Below are positions 58,150 through 64,000 of a stretch of 64,000 nucleotides of DNA, in pieces. The DNA is taken from positions 82,236-146,235 of the forward strand of contig CALHPK010000009.1 of NCBI GenBank assembly GCA_938036315.1. The letters are read 5' to 3'. How positions within the stretch are numbered: position 1 is the first letter of the stretch; every line of letters starts with the position of its first letter. A model generated the notes under the pieces. The model worked only from the letters and a program-made list of their open reading frames with translations. It had not been told where the DNA came from and did not search any database. Source of the stretch: an uncultured bacterium. GTDB taxonomy: Bacteria > Calescibacteriota > Calescibacteriia > Calescibacteriales > Calescibacteriaceae. A program made the position numbers and the translations under genes.

Positions 58150-61100
58150 TTACCTTTTTCTACTCTTCAATATAGCAGAGACAAACCCAAAGAGTAAAAT
58201 CATTAGCCCTAAGCTTGGAATACCAGCTGCAGAAGAAGACGAGCAACCAAATACCCCAACTTTTTCAGTAACGAAGAATCTGTGCTTATATGTAGATATA
58301 TTACCTACATCATCCTTTGCTCTGACCTCAAGTATGTGCTCACCTTTTGTAAGCCCTTTAAGGTCAATCGCGGTGATCTCAGATGCAGATTTCCAACCAC
58401 TCCATTCTCCACCATCAATCCTATAAGATACTAATACCACGTCTTGAGGAGCTTGTGCATCGCGAATGTCAGCAAATACCCTTACAGAATTTCCCTTCAC
58501 AACTTCGGGGGCTTGAAGTCTTATATCAGGTCCGACTGAGTCAACCCTGAAGATATACCTTGCTGGCGTTGGGTCAATAAACTTGTTCTCATCCCTAGAT
58601 CTAACCTCAAACATATGGTAACCTTCAAGCAAATGAGTCAGAACAACTTCGTCACTGCTCTGCCAGAGACTCCACGTTCCCCCATCTAATCTCCAGGAGT
58701 ATTTTAGTCCAGAAGAACTATTAGCACTCCACCCAGCAAACTTAATCTTTGTAAACAGAGCATGCGGATCGGATGTGTAAACTATGAAAGTCTCTGGAGG
58801 AGTTACCTTATAGCCATTGCCATTAACCTCATAGTCAGCAAGTCTTACTTGAACAGGAACCTGCGGAGCACCTCCCATGACCCCGCTGATAGTATCAACT
58901 ATATCCACCCCAAAGTTTTTCAAAAGCTTTATTATATTTGTGAGAGTTGGCCTGCCTCTCCAGTGTATAAACATCTCAAAGTAATCCCCTACACCATCCG
59001 CTGGATTGCCTACAAACGGAGTGTCCCAATTCTGAACCCCGGTTCCGAACTCAGGACCAACCCATGGGAAGTTAAGCTCTATTGGAATCTGGATCAAAGC
59101 AGTGGGATCAAGAGCTACTCTAAGTTTTGCCCCGGCAAGACCATTTAAGACCACTGGAAGAACATTCCCAAGAATCTCAGACCACTGAGAACCTGAAAGC
59201 CCCAGAGCATTAGAGTTATAAGCTATGAAATACCTTACATCAGGGTCAGCATAAAGAGTCAGATCTATCACACGGGCAAATGTCCCCCCCTGAGGGAAAT
59301 AAGCATTATCTTTATTATAAGCTTGACCAGTGTAATAATCTTTGTAAATTGATGTCAGAGGTTGGGTAAAATTAGTAGAATCATATGGCGGGAATTTAAC
59401 AGTCAGACCGCAATCAGGAGATACGCACGGAACTATATCAACATCTACAGAAAGCCTAATTCCAACTGTCAGACCGAATACCCTCATCCAGTTTCTTGAG
59501 GGGGAATTTATATCTCCTGTCGTTATAACATTAAACGAAAGATCTATATACGGCAGATCTATTGTAAGATCAGCTGTATCAAACCATGTTGAAGGACTTG
59601 GAAACATTGTGAACGAACTTCCGAATGTAGCATTTGAAACGAATTCTGACCAGAAATTAACCCTTGTTGAACCAGTCATATACACATTGTTGACAGGTCT
59701 GAAAGTAGGACCACCTGTCTTAGCATAAGCCACAACAGATAAAGGCTTGTTATATGATGCTGCTCCACCTGTATTCCCAGATGGATTTCCTGGATCTCTG
59801 TAATTTGGAATGATCTCCACTGCCATATCTTTGCCTGGGAATGCATCTTTTAATTTTGGCATAAAGAATGCAAACGAATCGGTCTTGAGGAAACCGCCAG
59901 CAAACCCCCCAAGCATTGGTGTATACTTATCTACCCAAACACAAGCAAGACCATCACCTATTGCTTCATAAAGTATACGAGAAATAAGATTGTGATGAAC
60001 CGCAATCCCTACATAGTAACTTGTCAGGCTATATCCATATCTACCCTCTGCAAGCGTTGGAGCCGAAGGATATTGTGGCAAAACCTCGGAAGAGAAAACA
60101 TGTGGATACACACCCGAATTATTGTTAAGAGCACCTGTACACTGGGAGACCGTTCTTACTGGAGCAGGGCAGGTAGTTTGTGGTACACATTCTCTTATTA
60201 AGTTTATTGGGCTTGTTGCAGCTTGAAGTGCTGCAAAATTTCCTTGCACACAAGTTGAAACATAGTCATTAAAGTTTTGCAGTTTAACCTGAGTAATACT
60301 TGTTGCTGGCGAATTCCACAGAACGTATCTTATATCAACCCCAACATTCATTGCAAGTATAATTCCTGCTGAGTCTGCCCAGAAATCATTTGTAAAACCA
60401 AAATCAAAAAAGATCTTATTAGGCTTGTGTGTATAGTAATCAGGAGCCCCAACATATATAACCTCCTCAGTTGGATGATCTACTGGGCTCAGGGATTTTA
60501 TTATATCTTTTAAATCGAAAACCTGTCCCGGAAAGAGGAAATAAGCTATACAAGTATCATATTGAGTAACTGTGTGATTGGGGATACAATCGGTTCTGAA
60601 GTAATCAAGTGCCATAAGTCTGAGCACAGCGTCAAGCCACAGAAGAGTTTTTGCAAATTTTTGTGAAACTCTGTACTCGGGACAATACTGAGCGGTTCCA
60701 ACCTGGTTCCAGTTCGGGTTTCTACACGCCGGAGTTGTAGCGGACGAACTCATTGGTACAAAGTCATAAGCAACTCCTGCTACCAAATCCAACGCTTTCA
60801 AGTTTATACCTAATCCCCTCACAACCTTGCCCCAATCATAGTCATCAGTAAAATTTCCTTTTATCTGTATACCAAGTCTCAACCCCAAAATCGGCATCCT
60901 TATATATGCTCTTCCATTTATGTAATTTGAGATAACTCTCTCAGGATCATAATCATAATTGGTAGTGTTTTTCCCTGGGTATTGAGGGTCACATATATGC
61001 TCATCATTCTTAACATCTCTGTTTTTAAAGCAGAATGAAGCCGAGTTCGGGAAGTAAGTCGCAGATGCATTAAAATTACAACTTGGTCCAAAAGATAAAC

Positions 61101-62178
61101 AATCAATATACAAATTTTGAGATGAAACATATGGAGATGAGAATGTAAGGGCAACCTCAAAATTCCTGAGTTCAACTGTTATATCAAGATAATCATCTGT
61201 GGTATGCTCGGTATAGTCACCTTCACAAGTTGCAGTCGCTGGCCAATCTTCACCTATGTTCCCCTTAAGTCTCACAGTCAAATCTTTCCTGTTATAGTCA
61301 ACAATAAGCCTATTTCCTGTAATCCGGTCTATAAAGTAGTAATTATCCCAATTCCACGGAGAAGAAGTCGGACAAACGCCAGGTAAGTCTCTCCCACACT
61401 TTCCGAACGGAGACCAGTAAAACCCACCCATAGCATATGTGATCGGATTTCCTGCTGCAGGTCCAACTCTTTTATCTCTCTCCTGCCCCCATATTATAGC
61501 ATTTACACATATCGGTGCTCCTTCATCGTTAAGAAGTGGGATTGGGAGACACATTGAAAAAAGACCTTTACCATCGTCTTTGCAGGAATTAGTTCCCTGA
61601 TCCCATGTCCCAGTTGGGTTATACCCTGCAATGTACTCAAAGTAAATTTCATTCCCAAAACAGTGAGTGGTACCTTCACCGTAGTTAAAAAGGGAAGGAT
61701 TACTGGTAGTAATTCCACAGGCGTAGGTAGCATTCTGGAGGTAGTAATTTTTAGTTGGCTGGTTCGGGTAATTATTATCTATCCAGTAGGTGAAATCTGC
61801 ATAATTATCCCATAGGTCAGCAACAACTTTAGTATCTGTGCATTTGTCTAAAAATCCCATTGCAAGGTAGTTTATAAGATTTGCAACAGATGGATCTCCC
61901 GAGAGTATGTCAGAAATTAAATCTCCTATCTCTTTAAGTCCTGCTTGGGTAAGCCTTACAACAACATTGTGCTTTTCAAGCAAGCGCCTCTCAAGAACAG
62001 CAGTGCTCGTCACACCTCCCCAAGTTATGGGGTTTTTAGGCCCCACCTGATACGGGTTGGCACTAGTTTCTGTAACCGGTCTATCCTGATGGAATGTAAC
62101 AGCAAGAGTAGAATATGGGAGAACAAAAACCGCCGTAAAGATTAGCCCTACCAACGCTGATACAATTTTTTTACCCAT
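58150..62178 (-). CDS. Giant secreted/cell-surface protein with two C-terminal Y_Y_Y-type domains and a Cys-containing C-terminal sorting signal (MYXO-CTERM/Synerg-CTERM-like)
   Basis: N-terminal signal peptide. The body is rich in G/N/T/Y/P/D/S and compositionally distinct from its neighbours. Tandem Y_Y_Y-type repeats (YSWRLDGGTWSLW...GYHMFEVRSRD; YRIDGGEWSGW...GEHILEVRAKD). The C-terminus is VFGCSSSSAAG-IPSLGLMILLFGFVSAIL-KSRKR. Confidence 0.5.
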   Translation of the reverse strand: MGKKIVSALVGLIFTAVFVLPYSTLAVTFHQDRPVTETSANPYQVGPKNPITWGGVTSTAVLERRLLEKHNVVVRLTQAGLKEIGDLISDILSGDPSVANLINYLAMGFLDKCTDTKVVADLWDNYADFTYWIDNNYPNQPTKNYYLQNATYACGITTSNPSLFNYGEGTTHCFGNEIYFEYIAGYNPTGTWDQGTNSCKDDGKGLFSMCLPIPLLNDEGAPICVNAIIWGQERDKRVGPAAGNPITYAMGGFYWSPFGKCGRDLPGVCPTSSPWNWDNYYFIDRITGNRLIVDYNRKDLTVRLKGNIGEDWPATATCEGDYTEHTTDDYLDITVELRNFEVALTFSSPYVSSQNLYIDCLSFGPSCNFNASATYFPNSASFCFKNRDVKNDEHICDPQYPGKNTTNYDYDPERVISNYINGRAYIRMPILGLRLGIQIKGNFTDDYDWGKVVRGLGINLKALDLVAGVAYDFVPMSSSATTPACRNPNWNQVGTAQYCPEYRVSQKFAKTLLWLDAVLRLMALDYFRTDCIPNHTVTQYDTCIAYFLFPGQVFDLKDIIKSLSPVDHPTEEVIYVGAPDYYTHKPNKIFFDFGFTNDFWADSAGIILAMNVGVDIRYVLWNSPATSITQVKLQNFNDYVSTCVQGNFAALQAATSPINLIRECVPQTTCPAPVRTVSQCTGALNNNSGVYPHVFSSEVLPQYPSAPTLAEGRYGYSLTSYYVGIAVHHNLISRILYEAIGDGLACVWVDKYTPMLGGFAGGFLKTDSFAFFMPKLKDAFPGKDMAVEIIPNYRDPGNPSGNTGGAASYNKPLSVVAYAKTGGPTFRPVNNVYMTGSTRVNFWSEFVSNATFGSSFTMFPSPSTWFDTADLTIDLPYIDLSFNVITTGDINSPSRNWMRVFGLTVGIRLSVDVDIVPCVSPDCGLTVKFPPYDSTNFTQPLTSIYKDYYTGQAYNKDNAYFPQGGTFARVIDLTLYADPDVRYFIAYNSNALGLSGSQWSEILGNVLPVVLNGLAGAKLRVALDPTALIQIPIELNFPWVGPEFGTGVQNWDTPFVGNPADGVGDYFEMFIHWRGRPTLTNIIKLLKNFGVDIVDTISGVMGGAPQVPVQVRLADYEVNGNGYKVTPPETFIVYTSDPHALFTKIKFAGWSANSSSGLKYSWRLDGGTWSLWQSSDEVVLTHLLEGYHMFEVRSRDENKFIDPTPARYIFRVDSVGPDIRLQAPEVVKGNSVRVFADIRDAQAPQDVVLVSYRIDGGEWSGWKSASEITAIDLKGLTKGEHILEVRAKDDVGNISTYKHRFFVTEKVGVFGCSSSSAAGIPSLGLMILLFGFVSAILKSRKR

Positions 62179-62565
62179 ATCTTTTACCTCCCTGTGAAAA
62201 CTTTTTTACAGAAAAAAATATAATCACTTTTTCTGAAAAAGTCAAGTTTTTGAACATCTCCGCTCTCCCTTGTCAGGTAAAGGATTCCGAAGATCAACTT
62301 TCAAAATTTTCTGTCACACGCACAATTTTTTACAAAATTTTCAAAATGTAAATTATGTCTAACTAAGCAAAAAATTTCTCATCAGTAATCTCTTCTTTAA
62401 ATAATCACAAGATTGGTAATTCTTTTTTTGCCAAACTTAGCTTAGCTAACTATACAATACAAAAAGCTATTCATCTACTCTTCTGAAGAGATTCTAAAAA
62501 AGCTCTGAAGTTTCTCATACAAAAAAGAATATAGAAAACTATAGAGATATTATGTTAATCTTGTT

Positions 62566-63933
62566 ATGTTAATCTTACCCAAAGAGCTTCTCACATTCAA
62601 AAAAGTAGGAAGAAGAGTTTCGCTGAATTTTGCTACAGAAGATGATGTGAATGAAATCCTCCAGCTATGGCATGAATCAAAAGGTTTAACTCTCAGAGAG
62701 ATGAGAAAAAAATTTTCAGAACTTGAAGACTTCGCAAATTACAAATTTGTAAGAGGACTCCTTTATATCCTCTCAAAAATTTCAGACTTTGAAAGCTCTG
62801 AAGAGAATGCTTACAAAATCAGGGAATTCCTATTCTCCTTTGGTCCAGTTTTAGAAGAAGATAGGAGGAACAAAATTCTGCTTGAGGCTGAAAGAGTCTT
62901 TGGATTCAGAATCTCAGACGATAAAATGTGGGGGGACCTCGATTCCTTCAAAGTCTTCCGGAGTCTGAAAATGGACTTCACCCCGCTCAAGATTGCGGGC
63001 TTATATAACCTGGCACTTATCCTTGGTACTTCATCCGTTTCCAACAAGATAAGAATAAAAACTTCAAAGAATATAAGGAATATCCTTTACTATACCAGAA
63101 AACTCGGGCTTATGTATGAAGTTGACCGCGGAGAAATCATCGTATTTGGTCCAGAAAGCATAATCAGAAATTCCCAAAGGTACGGGTTAGCCTTTGCAAG
63201 GCTCATAAGCAAGATCCTGAAACAAGGTGATTTCGAAATTTCTATAGAACTACCGCAAGGAATCCTAAATCTGTCTGACTCAGATATTCATAATTTTATT
63301 TTCTTAGAAGATGAAGAAGAAAAGTTCGATTCCTCGTATGAAGAAAGCTTCTTCAGGTTAGTCAGAGAAGTTTTTCCATCAGTTAAGATACTACGCGAGC
63401 CAGAAGTAGATATATCAGATGCAGGGATTTTTATCCCCGATTTCAAACTCATATCTGGACAAAACCACATTTTCGTGGAAGTCATAGGATTCTGGACTCC
63501 CGAATATCTTCTTCGCAAAGCCGAAAAATTGAAAAGGTTCAAAAAGAAGATTCTCTTGATAGCTTCCGAAGAGTTTGCCCTATCTCAGCTAAATCCCAAA
63601 GAGCAGAACTCAGGTATTAGCAATAATCCAGACATAAGAATAATCACCTTCAAAAGAGAATTACCATATCTTGAGATTATCAAATTCTTGAAATCCAATC
63701 TAGCGGTGGAAGTGGGGAGAGCCCAGAAAAAAGCTCTGATTCCTGAGTACATACTTGAGAGCTTATCTGCAAAACTTCACGATGGCATGGACATCCGGTC
63801 AGCAAAAGATATAATAGCATCAGAAATAGATATCGATTTCAAGGAAGTTCTAAAACATCTGAACTACTCAATAGAGTGGACTTCTCTTGTCCCACCTGTG
63901 GGCAGGATAAGGAAAAAACAGGACAAATTCTGA
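62566..63933 (+). CDS. DUF790/Bax1-like putative nuclease (PD-(D/E)xK-like C-terminal region)
   Basis: An N-terminus MLILPKELLTFKKVGRRVSL, as I recall for DUF790/Bax1 proteins. A C-terminal IFIPDF...FVEVIGFW segment resembles the PD...E core of PD-(D/E)xK nucleases, but the canonical Lys is not evident. The assignment rests on memory only. Confidence 0.3.
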   Translation: MLILPKELLTFKKVGRRVSLNFATEDDVNEILQLWHESKGLTLREMRKKFSELEDFANYKFVRGLLYILSKISDFESSEENAYKIREFLFSFGPVLEEDRRNKILLEAERVFGFRISDDKMWGDLDSFKVFRSLKMDFTPLKIAGLYNLALILGTSSVSNKIRIKTSKNIRNILYYTRKLGLMYEVDRGEIIVFGPESIIRNSQRYGLAFARLISKILKQGDFEISIELPQGILNLSDSDIHNFIFLEDEEEKFDSSYEESFFRLVREVFPSVKILREPEVDISDAGIFIPDFKLISGQNHIFVEVIGFWTPEYLLRKAEKLKRFKKKILLIASEEFALSQLNPKEQNSGISNNPDIRIITFKRELPYLEIIKFLKSNLAVEVGRAQKKALIPEYILESLSAKLHDGMDIRSAKDIIASEIDIDFKEVLKHLNYSIEWTSLVPPVGRIRKKQDKF

Positions 63934-64000
63934 TATCTACAAACCAAGAACCGGTCTTATAGGTGTTGTTTTGATACCTTGCCAATATTCTTTATTATAT

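Noticed and set aside
58150-62178. Considered calling the 1342-aa gene a horizontally acquired island because its composition is more GC-rich and low in K/E.
   Set aside because: The compositional shift is equally explained by its being a secreted beta-rich surface protein. There are no flanking mobile-element genes, tRNA or direct repeats, so it is not called as a mobile element.
62552-62580. Upstream ATG within the direct repeat ttatgttaatctt (two copies), considered as an alternative start for the Bax1-like gene.
   Set aside because: That ATG is in a different frame and hits TAA after 6 codons. The repeat may matter for regulation, but it does not extend the ORF.
1-64000. Screened for CRISPR arrays, integrases, transposases, toxin-antitoxin pairs and restriction-modification genes.
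   Set aside because: I saw no regularly spaced repeat arrays and no ORFs with recognisable recombinase, transposase, methylase or defence-system motifs. The only nuclease-like candidate is the tentative Bax1-like ORF.

Overview
AT-rich, K/E/I-rich proteome, probably a thermophilic diderm bacterium. The DNA is densely coding and I see no rRNA, tRNA, CRISPR array or transposase/integrase. The conserved core is the rplL-rpoB-rpoC block (about 23.3-33.4 kb; rpoB is 1557 aa and rpoC 1605 aa, both with lineage-specific insertions), nusA, prfB (an RF2 contiguous with no +1 frameshift), ribF, argB, sua5/tsaC, tsaE, cca, mtnA, pyrE, thiolase, rmlA and phoU. Envelope, transport and secretion genes are interspersed among these: a MotA/TolQ/ExbB channel, TamB, an MMPL exporter, several partner-less ABC/TRAP components, two pseudopilins and a 1342-aa surface protein. 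Candidates for a second look: (1) a CheY receiver followed by a protein fusing four tandem MshEN-type putative c-di-GMP-binding motifs to a CheX phosphatase domain; (2) a giant secreted Y_Y_Y-domain protein with a Cys-containing C-terminal sorting signal, immediately upstream of gspG and separated from it only by an intrinsic terminator; (3) a stand-alone LeuA-type allosteric domain translationally coupled to nusA; (4) a nicotinamidase fused to a histone-H1-like lysine-rich tail; (5) an ExbB-type channel with no ExbD/TolR/MotB partner, sandwiched between a lipoprotein and a membrane-anchored lipase-like hydrolase; (6) rplL directly preceding rpoB with no rplJ. All calls come from reading the translated ORFs and the DNA by eye; no database searches were run.
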